The notes: generated by a model from the sequence alone, not told the origin. DNA of 64,000 nucleotides from Turneriella sp. (GCA_965279515.1 CBDIID010000003.1:416001-480000); one strand, 5' to 3'; positions 37,998-47,563 are shown, counted from the stretch's first letter. Translations and numbers: made by a program.

Positions 37998-39238
37998 CAG
38001 GGTGTTGAAAAACGCATAGAATCGGGTATCCGTTCAAACCATAAATACGATTGGACGGGCACGTATTTTGCGCCTTGCCACCTTCGCTTCTGGGCGCAAC
38101 GGGCTCATAGCTTGCCAGCCAAAATAACCAGATTGGCTGCCGCCATCGTGAATATGAAATGAAAGCCAACCTTAGCTTTGCCGCAGTAGCGTGTTTTACG
38201 GATACCACCGATGGTTTTGCCCCAGCCAAATAATTCTTCAATCCGTTTGCGAACGCGTTGGCTGATTGCATAGCCGGTACTTCGCGCCGTTCGGCGATCA
38301 AGGCCTGGTGTTTTTCGTGTTTCAATCATGGCGATGTGCGGTTTTATCTTCAATGACCTGAGCGATGCTACCATGTCTTTCGTATGGTAGCCTTTGTCTG
38401 CACCCAATGTTCGCGGCTTGATTTTGCGCTTGCGGAGATTCTTTAATAGAGCAAGCAAGCCACGGCGTTCTGCTTTGCCATCAGCAGCCTCCAGGTTTGC
38501 CGCAACACAAAGACCGGTACGATTTTCCATGACGACATTACCGCAGTAAGACAGCTTTGCTTCTTTGCCGGGGCCCTTGCGTGCAAGCATGGATTCGGGA
38601 TCAGTAGTACTGGCATGTGTTTCATTGCTGCGTTTTTCATCGTGAAAATTCACGATCGGATTGCGACTGGTGTCTATTGGCTTTTCGCGTTTTACGTCTG
38701 CATCTTTTTGTTTCGGCTTAAAGCTTTTAAGCGATGCCCATGCTTCGATCAATGTGCCGTCAGCGGTGAAGTGTTCATCAGAGACCAGATTCTTGCTTTG
38801 CGCAAAACGAACGACCTGCGCCAGAAAGCTATTTGCGATTTCCTGATTGAGGAGGCGTTCGCGGTTTTTGGCAAAAGTACTGTGATTCGGAACAGGATCA
38901 TTCGGCATCAGATCAAGAAACCAGCGGAAGAGAAAATTGTAGCTGAGTTGTTCACAAAGCTGGCGCTCCGAACGAATCGAATAAAAAGCGATCAGAAGCG
39001 ATGCCTTCAGCAAAAACTCCGGCGGTATCGAGGGTCTGCCAGCATCGGCGTACATCTTATCAAGTGCTCCATCCAGTTTGCCGAGCACGTCATCGGCCAT
39101 AGTCTTGATTTTACGCAATGGATGCGACGGCGGAATCAGATCTTCCGCAGAGAAATTGTAGAGAAAATTCATCTGAGCTTTTTGGTCACCGCGCATTGGC
39201 TCAATATAATCAAAATTAAGGACTTCTTCAACACCCTG
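37998..39238 (-). mobile_element. IS5-family insertion sequence, 1241 bp, apparently intact
   Basis: Terminal inverted repeats CAGGGTGTTGAA / TTCAACACCCTG; CTAG target duplication at 37994-37997 and 39239-39242. Confidence 0.93.
38105..39196 (-). CDS. IS5-family DDE transposase
   Basis: GRPSIPPE, YNFLFRWF, ADGTLIEAWAS, GADKGY, RKRIEELFGW. Confidence 0.95.
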   Translation of the reverse strand: MRGDQKAQMNFLYNFSAEDLIPPSHPLRKIKTMADDVLGKLDGALDKMYADAGRPSIPPEFLLKASLLIAFYSIRSERQLCEQLSYNFLFRWFLDLMPNDPVPNHSTFAKNRERLLNQEIANSFLAQVVRFAQSKNLVSDEHFTADGTLIEAWASLKSFKPKQKDADVKREKPIDTSRNPIVNFHDEKRSNETHASTTDPESMLARKGPGKEAKLSYCGNVVMENRTGLCVAANLEAADGKAERRGLLALLKNLRKRKIKPRTLGADKGYHTKDMVASLRSLKIKPHIAMIETRKTPGLDRRTARSTGYAISQRVRKRIEELFGWGKTIGGIRKTRYCGKAKVGFHFIFTMAAANLVILAGKL

Positions 39239-39318
39239 CTAGAGCTTTGCGAAACTTTGCGGCCTCGGCGTTAGTTTTTCTGGTTTTCGCTTCAAATGTA
39301 TAGCTGGAAAGAGTTGCT

Positions 39319-40104
39319 ATGTCGCAATTCATAATAACCGAAAAAAAGGGCCACGTTTTCATCATGGCCTTCAACCGGCCCGACGCCAATAATGCTTTTA
39401 ACACCCAAATGCTGCGCGAACTATCAGCGGCGTACGAACAGATGGAGAATGACAACGACATACGTGTGGGCGTGGTCTGGGCCGAGGGAAAACATTTCAC
39501 GCTGGGGCTTGAACTCAATGAAGTCGCGGCCGGCATACAAAACAGCAAAGGCAACCTGCTCTCCACGGCCGACGGCATCGACCCCTGGGGTATCTCAGGC
39601 CGCTCAAAAACGAAACCCGTCATCGTCGCGGGTCATGGTTTTTGCCTGACGCTGGCGATTGAACTCATGCTCGCAAGTGAAATCCGCATTGCCGCACCCA
39701 GCGCTAAATTTGCGCAGATGGAGGTGCAGCGCGGCGTCTTTCCGTTCGGCGGCGCAACCTTACGCTTCCACGAACAGTGTGGATGGGGCAATGCCATGAA
39801 ATACATGCTGACAGGCGAGATGTTCACCTCGGCTGAAGCGCTGCGCATCGGCCTCATCCAGGAAATCGTCGAACTGCCCAAGCTGCGCGAGCGCGCGCTC
39901 GAACTGGCACAAAAGATCGCTGACCAGTCGCCGCTGGCCGTGCGCGCGACGCTGGCATCGGCGCACCTTTCTCTAAAAGAGGGGCGAACCGCTGCGGCCA
40001 AGAACCTTTTTCCCGAACTGCAAAAGATGCTGAAGAGCGAAGATGCTGCCGAAGGCATTAAATCGTTTCAGGAGAAGCGAAAAGCAAATTTTCCCGGCCG
40101 TTAA
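39319..40104 (+). CDS. Enoyl-CoA hydratase/crotonase family protein
   Basis: FNRPDANNA, HFTLGLEL, KPVIVA, EVQRGVFPFGG, EGIKSFQEKR. Confidence 0.9.
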   Translation: MSQFIITEKKGHVFIMAFNRPDANNAFNTQMLRELSAAYEQMENDNDIRVGVVWAEGKHFTLGLELNEVAAGIQNSKGNLLSTADGIDPWGISGRSKTKPVIVAGHGFCLTLAIELMLASEIRIAAPSAKFAQMEVQRGVFPFGGATLRFHEQCGWGNAMKYMLTGEMFTSAEALRIGLIQEIVELPKLRERALELAQKIADQSPLAVRATLASAHLSLKEGRTAAAKNLFPELQKMLKSEDAAEGIKSFQEKRKANFPGR

Positions 40105-41255
40105 GCAAGCAGCGCCGGCTGTTTCTCTGCCAGCCTTTCGCGGAGCGCAGCGATGCCCTCTTTCGACAGGGTATTGCCCCAAATTGCGTCTGGAAATTTT
40201 TTTATGAGTTCCTTGCGGTCGTCCGGAAAAACCAGGTCGTCTTTATTAAAATAAAGGATCCGCGGCTTTTCGTTGGCTTTCAGGCGTATCAGCTCTGACG
40301 CTACCACAGCCATTTCATCGGCCAGCTGCGGTGAAGATGCATCGTGTACCTCGATGACAATATCCGCATGACGAATCTCCGCCAGTGTCGACTGGAAAGC
40401 GGCGACGAGCGAAGCCGGTAAATTGCGGATAAAGCCGACGGTATCGGTAACCACAGCGTAGCGCGGTTTGAAATCCTCTTCGCCGAGGTAAATTTTGCGG
40501 GAGAATGTATCCAGGGTGGCGAAGAGTTTATCTTCGGCAAAAACCTTCTGCGAACTCGAAGACAGCGCGTTGAGCGTGCTGCTTTTGCCCGCATTGGTAT
40601 ATCCCACCAGCGCAAAGGTGGTAAGATGCCGGCCCTGCCGCGCGGTGCCGCGGTGGCGTTCGACGTCTTCGAGCTCGTTGCGTATCTTTTGGATACGGCG
40701 GCGGATATAACGGCGGTCGGTCTCAAGCATTGTTTCACCGGGACCACGCGTGCCGATGCCGGGCGCCCCCGTGGCGCCCTGCCGGGAGAGCACTCCCCCT
40801 AACCCTTTGAGGCGGGGCAGAATATAGAGCAGCTGTGCCAGCTCGACCTGCAGAATCGCTTCACGCGTCTTCGCGCGCATCGCAAAGATATCAAGAATGA
40901 CTTCGATGCGGCCAAGAACGCGGATCTTCAGCTCTTCCTCAAGGTTGCGCAGCTGGTTGGGCTTGAGCTGCGCGTCGACAAAGAGCAGGTTGAGGCCCAG
41001 CTCTTCGAGCGCCTTGCGTATCCGCTCAATCTGGCCCGAGGTGAAAAACATCGCGGCGTGGATGTCCGTATGGTGAAAAAACAGTTCATGCAGAGTGCGC
41101 ACACCCGCCGTTTCTGCAAGCATCAACAGCTCGCGCAGCGATTCTTCCTGGCTGCGTTTCTCCCTGAAATAGCGCGAGCCGTACTGGCCGACACAGAGCG
41201 CGCGGTAATGCTCTTTGGAAACGAGTTTTTTCTGGTAAAGTGAGGAGGCGTCCAC
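40101..41255 (-). CDS. hflX: Ribosome-splitting GTPase HflX
   Basis: RGPGETMLETDRR, VGYTNAGKSS, LFATLD, DTVGFI, NKDD. Confidence 0.93.
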   Translation of the reverse strand: MDASSLYQKKLVSKEHYRALCVGQYGSRYFREKRSQEESLRELLMLAETAGVRTLHELFFHHTDIHAAMFFTSGQIERIRKALEELGLNLLFVDAQLKPNQLRNLEEELKIRVLGRIEVILDIFAMRAKTREAILQVELAQLLYILPRLKGLGGVLSRQGATGAPGIGTRGPGETMLETDRRYIRRRIQKIRNELEDVERHRGTARQGRHLTTFALVGYTNAGKSSTLNALSSSSQKVFAEDKLFATLDTFSRKIYLGEEDFKPRYAVVTDTVGFIRNLPASLVAAFQSTLAEIRHADIVIEVHDASSPQLADEMAVVASELIRLKANEKPRILYFNKDDLVFPDDRKELIKKFPDAIWGNTLSKEGIAALRERLAEKQPALLA

Positions 41256-41260
41256 GAAAT

Positions 41261-41848
41261 TTAAGGTGTGGGAACTTCTTTCCGGTACTTGCTCTTTTTA
41301 TCGGATTTATATTCGTCCGGTTTTTTATAGATGGTGATGCGGTTGCCCGATAAAATCGAGTTTGCCTTAAACCAGCCCTGGTTCGCCTCTACCGCATAGA
41401 GTACGGGAATCTCAGAGCCAATGATATCGAGGGAGAACGGCTTCATGTCGTGCATACTCGAAACGAAGAGCTTCTCATGCACGTAGGCGATGCTGAGCGG
41501 AATGTGCGTGTTTTGCATCCAGAAATTCATTTCCGCTGGTTTATTATAGACAAAGATCATGCCGCGGTTTTTGCCGAGAAATTTACGGAACATGAGGCCG
41601 CGCTCCTTGTCTTTTTCAGAGCGGGCAACCTCACAATCGAGCACAACATCCTGGCCTTTGGCATTATGGAATACGACGCGCCAGACCTCATCAAGCGGCT
41701 TAATTAAATTCCCAGCGGGTTCGGCGGCAGTGGGGGCAGTATTTTTCGAATCGGCTTTTTTCTCGTTACCCCAGGTGTCAGGGCGTTCGCCGAACAGGGG
41801 CGAGAGGCTTAGAGATGTAAAAAGCAGCCATGAGGATATTCTCCTCAT
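41261..41848 (-). CDS. DUF192 family exported protein
   Basis: ERGLMFR, GMIFVY, FWMQNTHIPLSIAY, YAVEAN; signal peptide from MRRISS. Confidence 0.85.
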   Translation of the reverse strand: MRRISSWLLFTSLSLSPLFGERPDTWGNEKKADSKNTAPTAAEPAGNLIKPLDEVWRVVFHNAKGQDVVLDCEVARSEKDKERGLMFRKFLGKNRGMIFVYNKPAEMNFWMQNTHIPLSIAYVHEKLFVSSMHDMKPFSLDIIGSEIPVLYAVEANQGWFKANSILSGNRITIYKKPDEYKSDKKSKYRKEVPTP

Positions 41849-41852
41849 CGGG

Positions 41853-43478
41853 CTATTCCCATTCAATCGTGGCCGGAGGTTTGGAAGAAATGTCATAGAC
41901 GACGCGGTTCACACCCCGCACTTCGTTAATGATGCGGGAAGCAATTTTTGATAGCACGTCATAGGGCAGATGCGCAAAATCGGCGGTCATGCCGTCTTCA
42001 CTGGTAACGAGCCGCAGCGCAATGACGTTCTCGTACGTGCGGTTATCGCCCATGACGCCCACAGAGCGCACCGGCAGAAAGATCGCACCTGCCTGCCAGA
42101 CCTTCTCATACCAACCCGAATTTTTGAGTTCGTCGAGCATGATGGCGTCGGCATCGCGCAGTGTGGCGAGGTTCTGTTTGGTCACCGGGGTGAGAATGCG
42201 GATAGCCAGCCCGGGCCCCGGGAATGGATGGCGAAAAAGCAGGTTGCGGTCGATCTTGAGCGCAAGCCCCAGCCGCCGGACTTCGTCTTTGAAGAGCTCT
42301 GCAAGCGGTTCAATCACCCTGCCCGCCTTGATGAGGTCGAGCACACCCTGCACGCGGTTGTGGTGTGACTTAATCGTCTGTGAAGGGCCTTTCACCGACA
42401 CGCTTTCAATGACGTCGGTATAGAGCGTACCCTGAGCGAGAAATTCGTGGTGTCCGAGTTCTTTAGCCTTGGCGGCAAATTCCTCGAGGAATAGTTTGCC
42501 GATGATCTTGCGCTTCTGCTCGGGTTCATCGACACCTGCGAGGGCCGTCAAAAAGCGATCCTCGGCGTCGACAACTTCGAGCGCGATGCCGAATTCTTTT
42601 TTAAACCGCGTGCGCACCGCCTCGGTTTCATTCTTGCGCATGAGGCCGGTGTCGACATAGACACAGGTGAGCTGTTTACCGATGGCTTCGTGCAAAAGTT
42701 TTGCCGTGACGGTCGAATCCACGCCGCCGGATAACCCCAGGAGCACGCGGTTTTTACCGACCTGCGCCCGGATTTCCTGTATTTTTTCTTCGACAAAGCG
42801 GCTCATCGTCCACTCGGGCTTGAGGCCGCAAATTGCCGCGGCAAAATTTTTAAGAATGACCTTGCCCTGCGTCGAATGCTGCACTTCAGGGTGAAACTGC
42901 ACACCGTAGACGCGCGCTTTTTCGTCGGCAATCACCGCCATCGGTGAATTTTCCGTGACGCCGATTTTAACGAATTGTTTCGGCAGCCTTTCGACTTTGT
43001 CGCCGTGTGACATCCACACCTGACCATGCCCCACACCTTTGAGCAGCGGTGATGCCTTTTTGGCTTTGAGCGTTGCGCGGCCAAACTCGCGCGCGGCTGA
43101 AGCAGCGACCTTGCCACCATTGAGGTGGCAGATGAGTTGCAGGCCGTAACAGATGCCGAGAATCGGCACGCCCAGATCAAAGATGCCTTTGTCAACGGTG
43201 GGCGCACCCTTTTCATAAACGGAAGCAGGCCCGCCGGAGAGGATAATCCCCGCGGGGTTGAGCTTCGTAATTTCAGCAAGACTCAGGTGGTGCGGATGGA
43301 TTTCGGCGTAATAACGGAGCTCGCGGATGCGGCGGGCAATCAGTTGCGTGTACTGCGAGCCGAAATCGAGTACGACGATCTTTGCTGGCGTTATGCCCGG
43401 CATTGGTTTCGCTGTGTTTTTAGACGCCGCCTTGGGTGCGGGTTTTTTCGCTACTTTTGCAGGCGTCTTTTTTTTCAC
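41853..43478 (-). CDS. guaA: GMP synthase (glutamine-hydrolysing)
   Basis: LDFGSQYTQLIARR, GICYG, QFHPEV, LSGGVDS, IKSHHN, SKPPATIEWE. Confidence 0.97.
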   Translation of the reverse strand: MKKKTPAKVAKKPAPKAASKNTAKPMPGITPAKIVVLDFGSQYTQLIARRIRELRYYAEIHPHHLSLAEITKLNPAGIILSGGPASVYEKGAPTVDKGIFDLGVPILGICYGLQLICHLNGGKVAASAAREFGRATLKAKKASPLLKGVGHGQVWMSHGDKVERLPKQFVKIGVTENSPMAVIADEKARVYGVQFHPEVQHSTQGKVILKNFAAAICGLKPEWTMSRFVEEKIQEIRAQVGKNRVLLGLSGGVDSTVTAKLLHEAIGKQLTCVYVDTGLMRKNETEAVRTRFKKEFGIALEVVDAEDRFLTALAGVDEPEQKRKIIGKLFLEEFAAKAKELGHHEFLAQGTLYTDVIESVSVKGPSQTIKSHHNRVQGVLDLIKAGRVIEPLAELFKDEVRRLGLALKIDRNLLFRHPFPGPGLAIRILTPVTKQNLATLRDADAIMLDELKNSGWYEKVWQAGAIFLPVRSVGVMGDNRTYENVIALRLVTSEDGMTADFAHLPYDVLSKIASRIINEVRGVNRVVYDISSKPPATIEWE

Positions 43479-43924
43479 GGGAATAACGGGCAGGAAACTG
43501 CAAGCAACAGATCAGATTTTTTATCGAGTTCGCCCGCTGGCACCATCAAATGGTTGCGGTCCATGAAACTTTTGCGGTCGCTGCTGCCCCCCACGGAAAT
43601 GTCTACAGTGATCGTGTTCTTGCGTTGTGCGCGGTTCACCGATACTGCCGTCAGGGAGAAGTTCGATTTGTTTTTCAGCTTCACCGACCCTGTTTTAGTT
43701 TTAGTGGCGCTCAGCGGTTTCTTACTTACGAATTTGAAAGAGTGATACTTTTTCAGCGATTCATCCTTCTCTATGGATTTCATGATCTTCTTCAGCTTTG
43801 AATCCGCGCCGCCCTCCTTTTCAGAGGCGGCGATCTGCGTCACCTGGCAGGTCAAAAACACTTCTTCTGCATGGAGCGGCGCCATGCCTGCGGCAACAGC
43901 TGCCGCCCAAAACACAAACTTCAT
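43475..43924 (-). CDS. Hypothetical secreted basic protein
   Basis: Signal peptide MKFVFWAAAVAAGMAPLHA; stop overlaps the guaA start. Confidence 0.65.
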   Translation of the reverse strand: MKFVFWAAAVAAGMAPLHAEEVFLTCQVTQIAASEKEGGADSKLKKIMKSIEKDESLKKYHSFKFVSKKPLSATKTKTGSVKLKNKSNFSLTAVSVNRAQRKNTITVDISVGGSSDRKSFMDRNHLMVPAGELDKKSDLLLAVSCPLFP

Positions 43925-43993
43925 GAGACATAATCCAAGAAGCCTTTCAGGCGATAAAGAGGTTTTGGGATACCCCCAATCCGCGGGAAAAAG

Positions 43994-44974
43994 TTAATCC
44001 ACAAAAAAGTCGGCTTTGCGCTTTTTGAGGCGCTCCGCCTTTTTCTTAGCCAGGGCATTCGCCAGCTTCTGCCCGGGATGGATATCGGCCGGGGCATCGA
44101 GCACAATTTTCAGATTGCGGTCGAAGCATGCCTTATCTTGCGCAAAAATACAGTATGTACGGGCATAAAAATACTGCGTGATCAACAGTTTGCCTTCGGT
44201 ATATTTGAGGTTCTTTTCAAAGGCTTCTTTAGAACGGGGCAAGTTGCCGCCCATCATCTCAGCGCGGGCACCGAAGTAGACGCCCTCGAACAGCCAGGCG
44301 CCGGCGAAATAATACGCTTCATCCCAGGCTTTGACCTGCGCCATCATAACTTCAATTTTCGGCAGCTCAGACAAAGCCTGCGTGTCTTCACGGTCGACAT
44401 TGATCGACGAGCCCCAGGCAAAGGCATACCAGAACACGGCGGCAATATCGTCTTTGTCGAGTTTTGCGAGTTTTTCCTGTAGCTGTTTTTCGCTGATCGC
44501 CGCGAGGTTATCAATCTCGAGGCGGGGCAACAGTACCTTACCGGCATAATCGCGCGCACGTAGGTAGAGCATCTTCGCGCGCTGCTGCTGGCGTTTGACT
44601 TCGGCTTCTTTTTTATCCGCTTCGGCCTGCTCCATTTTGTCTTCGGCAAACGAGAGCGTGTACGCCGAATAAATTTCGGCGATCATCAGGTTCAGGTCGG
44701 CATTGTTTTCATCATGCACCTGCATCGCTTCGAGCAGTTTCAGGTTTGAAGCGATCGAAATCTCGGCGATTTCGAGATCGGTTTCCTGCTCGAAGACCTT
44801 GCGGCTCTCGGCAAAAAAGCCAGTGGCCTGGCGCACTGCCATTTTTTTCAGCGAGCAGTAGTTTACAGAGAAAAATACAAAGGCTGAGCCCAGCAAGAAG
44901 ACAACGCCCCTCCCCCTGCGCCCCCTCCCCAAATTTGGGGAGGGGGTTGGGGGGTGGGGCGAAACCGACATCAT
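43994..44974 (-). CDS. TRAP-associated TatT-like TPR lipoprotein
   Basis: Lipoprotein Cys (VNYC); ETDLEIA, LKLLEA, YLRARDY, MMGGNL; start placed at ATG 44974, directly after the FNR stop. Confidence 0.75.
   Translation of the reverse strand: MMSVSPHPPTPSPNLGRGRRGRGVVFLLGSAFVFFSVNYCSLKKMAVRQATGFFAESRKVFEQETDLEIAEISIASNLKLLEAMQVHDENNADLNLMIAEIYSAYTLSFAEDKMEQAEADKKEAEVKRQQQRAKMLYLRARDYAGKVLLPRLEIDNLAAISEKQLQEKLAKLDKDDIAAVFWYAFAWGSSINVDREDTQALSELPKIEVMMAQVKAWDEAYYFAGAWLFEGVYFGARAEMMGGNLPRSKEAFEKNLKYTEGKLLITQYFYARTYCIFAQDKACFDRNLKIVLDAPADIHPGQKLANALAKKKAERLKKRKADFFVD
44906..44960. repeat. GC-rich nested palindrome (REP-like element)
   Basis: Perfect 26-bp palindrome CCCCCTCCCCAAATTTGGGGAGGGGG (44921-44946) flanked by GCCCCTCCCCC / GGGGGTGGGGC arms. 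Confidence 0.85.
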
Positions 44975-44975
44975 A

Positions 44976-45857
44976 TCAATACACCTCTTCCACGATGCGG
45001 TCTTCGATACTCTGGTAATAATTCTCACCTTTACCGTTGGCCGCGGCAAGTGCATTCACCGCTTTCGAAACGCCGTCTTCCATGCCTTTCAGGCCACACA
45101 TGAAGATGATGGTTTTCTCATCGCTGAGCACCGGCCAGAGTTTCGGACCGTGATCATGGATCAGGTCGCCGACATAATAACGGCCGCCAGTAGAATTTTT
45201 CATTTCACGGCTCAAAGCCTTGAGGTAGAGAAAATTCGGCTGGGTATACTGGATGAATTCTTCATGGTAAAGTAACTCCGCCTTGGTTTTCACACCGAAC
45301 AGCAGATAGACCGGCGCTGAAAAATTCGGCGTATGCTTGAACAGGCGTTCGAGAAAGCCGCGGAAGGGAGCAATCCCCGTTCCCGTTGCAATGAAGACAT
45401 AGGGGCGATGGATTTCTTCAGGAACCGGTAGTGCAAACTTGCGGCCCGCAGGGCCGGTGAGATTGACTTCGTCGCCGACCTTGAGATCGCAGAGATAATT
45501 CGATGCAACGCCGCGGTAAATTTGCCCGGTTGCCTCGTCTTTACCCCACGAACGTTTGACACAGAGTGAAAGATTTTCACTGCCCGGAACGCGCGAAGCC
45601 AAAGATGCGATTGAATAAAGACGCACTGCATGCGGATTGCCCTTTTCATTCAGCCCTGGGGCCAGCACGCCCACACTCTGCCCGTCGAGGTAGTTCATCT
45701 CGCGAGCGTCGAGTACGATGTGGCGGACGTCGTTTTCGTCATTTTCGCGGTAGAGAATGCGGTTTTCGAGCACCTTGGCCTTGAGCACATTGGCTTTTTT
45801 ATAGGTATTGACCTCGACCGTTGGCCGTGTAAATTCTTTCGTTGCTGTTTCTGACAT
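44976..45857 (-). CDS. Ferredoxin-NADP+ reductase, plant/plastid type
   Basis: RLYSIAS, SLCVKR, GVASNYLCDLK, ATGTGIAPFR, MCGLKGM, C-terminal EVY. Confidence 0.9.
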   Translation of the reverse strand: MSETATKEFTRPTVEVNTYKKANVLKAKVLENRILYRENDENDVRHIVLDAREMNYLDGQSVGVLAPGLNEKGNPHAVRLYSIASLASRVPGSENLSLCVKRSWGKDEATGQIYRGVASNYLCDLKVGDEVNLTGPAGRKFALPVPEEIHRPYVFIATGTGIAPFRGFLERLFKHTPNFSAPVYLLFGVKTKAELLYHEEFIQYTQPNFLYLKALSREMKNSTGGRYYVGDLIHDHGPKLWPVLSDEKTIIFMCGLKGMEDGVSKAVNALAAANGKGENYYQSIEDRIVEEVY

Positions 45858-45885
45858 ATAGGGTTTTAGGTTTGAACCGGGAGCG

Positions 45886-46173
45886 TTAGTGTGCGCAACC
45901 CGGCCCACAGGAATGTGCGCTTTTGGTTGTCGTGGTGCTATCGGCCTTTGTCTCTGTGGAAGTTGTAGTGCTGGCAGCTGAACTACCGGCCTTTTTGTAA
46001 TCGTTCACATAAAAGCCTGAACCCTTGAATACCACGCCGGCGCCAAGGCTGACCTGGCGCGATGTCTTCACAGAGGAGCATTCGGGGCAAACGACCTGCG
46101 GCTGTTCGTTCATGCCATGGAATTTTTCAAAGATGCGCCCGCAATCCGCGCATTTATAATCATACGTTGGCAT
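45886..46173 (-). CDS. FmdB-family zinc-ribbon protein
   Basis: MPTYDYKCADCG...CPECS...FKGSGFYVNDY. Confidence 0.9.
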   Translation of the reverse strand: MPTYDYKCADCGRIFEKFHGMNEQPQVVCPECSSVKTSRQVSLGAGVVFKGSGFYVNDYKKAGSSAASTTTSTETKADSTTTTKSAHSCGPGCAH

Positions 46174-46338
46174 AGGGGTAATATACTAAGGAAAAAACGC
46201 ACCGTCAAGCAGACAAAAAATTGAGCACTTCGGGCCGCTGGGCGTCTCTACGGCTTGTGAAGAGCGCAGGTTTTAAGAAAATATTCCGGACGATTGGCCG
46301 TTCACTGGTAAGGTATTTTGTCGGCGGCTGAGCTCAAC

Positions 46339-47160
46339 ATGTCTTTTAAAAATTCTGCCGCCTGTCTTGCCTTTGCCTTATTCGGCACCCTCTCGCTTTC
46401 GGCCGGCGAATGGGGAGCAGAAGCATCTATCGGCGGATATCCCGCTATTTATTATCAGGAAGAACTCAAGAAAAACAATAGCAATTACCGTAGCCAGTTA
46501 TCGGGGCGCCGCGACGCCCTGTCTTTTACCGCCAAACTTTATTATGAATGGATCGGATTGCGGTTTTGGTCGGACAGTTATTTGGGCGCGTCAGGCAAAC
46601 AGAAACTGGATTACCAGGTTGCGGGTCCGGGAAACAGTTCTTCGAAACAAAGTACTGAAAACCAGGGCATGCCTTTCTCTTCAGCGCAGACACTGCGCGC
46701 AGAAGTACAGCTGCGAAAATTTTATTACGGCCACCGCGAGATTCTGAGCTTAAACGGTGGGCTGCTCTACCGCAGCGTTACGCCGCAGCTGACCGGTCAG
46801 CCGGCAGATTATATACCGCAAAACATTTTGTCCCGTTACGCCACCTTTGGCATCTCCTTCGAACCGCTGCTGACAAATTTCGGCAGGATGGAGCTTTCGC
46901 TGCCGATAGATGTGAGCGTCGGCTTTAAGTTCCCCCAAGGCGGGCTTTTGGACAAAGGCGGTTTGGGAGCGGTTTTTTTCGGCGCTGGCATCAGGCTGGG
47001 TATTGAACCGCGCGGCGCCTTTGTCACGGCGCAGGCATTCGTAAATTTTCACGACACATCTTACCCCGCTGCGGGCGCAGAGTATACTTTCAGCCAGCTC
47101 GAGGTGGCAGCGCGCCTCATGGTGGGTTATTATTTCAGGAATCCGGTGTACCATGAATAG
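46339..47160 (+). CDS. Putative outer-membrane beta-barrel protein
   Basis: Signal peptide; amphipathic strands; near-terminal MVGYYF; first gene of a coupled operon. Confidence 0.6.
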   Translation: MSFKNSAACLAFALFGTLSLSAGEWGAEASIGGYPAIYYQEELKKNNSNYRSQLSGRRDALSFTAKLYYEWIGLRFWSDSYLGASGKQKLDYQVAGPGNSSSKQSTENQGMPFSSAQTLRAEVQLRKFYYGHREILSLNGGLLYRSVTPQLTGQPADYIPQNILSRYATFGISFEPLLTNFGRMELSLPIDVSVGFKFPQGGLLDKGGLGAVFFGAGIRLGIEPRGAFVTAQAFVNFHDTSYPAAGAEYTFSQLEVAARLMVGYYFRNPVYHE

Positions 47161-47563
47161 AGTTCTGCTCACCGTCCTCATGGCCGTCGTCTGTGCATGC
47201 AAAACGCCAACGGAAGTGACATTCAACTACGACCGCAGTGCACGGTCCCTGCAAGAGAAGATCAACGATACGAACTATACGTTTTACCATGAAAAAAATC
47301 CGCCCCGCCTGGAAGTGCCGGTGCACATGCAGCAGGATTTCCGCTCTGAAAAACTTCTGCGGTCGGGCAATTTCGTCTACCGGCTGCGTGTCGACGAGAC
47401 GGGTAAATTCACCTACCGTGCATTGAAACCCGCCCCTGAATTTTTTGAAAAGAACCTCACCGCGGTTTTAGACCAATTAAAATTCAAACCCGCCTGGATC
47501 GGCCCGAAAAATTTTGCGGCAGAACTGGATATCGACTTTGTTGTCGAATTCGAGGCGCAGTAA
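47153..47563 (+). CDS. Lipoprotein with a TonB C-terminal-like domain
   Basis: Lipobox VCAC; LRVDETGK...LDQLKFKPA...G...LDIDF resembles TonB_C. Confidence 0.5.
   Translation: MNRVLLTVLMAVVCACKTPTEVTFNYDRSARSLQEKINDTNYTFYHEKNPPRLEVPVHMQQDFRSEKLLRSGNFVYRLRVDETGKFTYRALKPAPEFFEKNLTAVLDQLKFKPAWIGPKNFAAELDIDFVVEFEAQ

Larger units (their letters stand above)
37960..39272. repeat. Second REP-like palindrome, split by the IS (arms 37960-37988 and 39245-39272)
   Basis: AACCGCAAAGGACGCGGAGTTACGCAAGG ... CTTTGCGAAACTTTGCGGCCTCGGCGTT; same unit structure as 34083-34162. Confidence 0.7.

Noticed and set aside
44976..45857. Plant-type FNR as a novel eukaryote-to-bacterium transfer
   Set aside because: Plastid-type FNR is already known in Leptospira; used here only as a taxonomic hint
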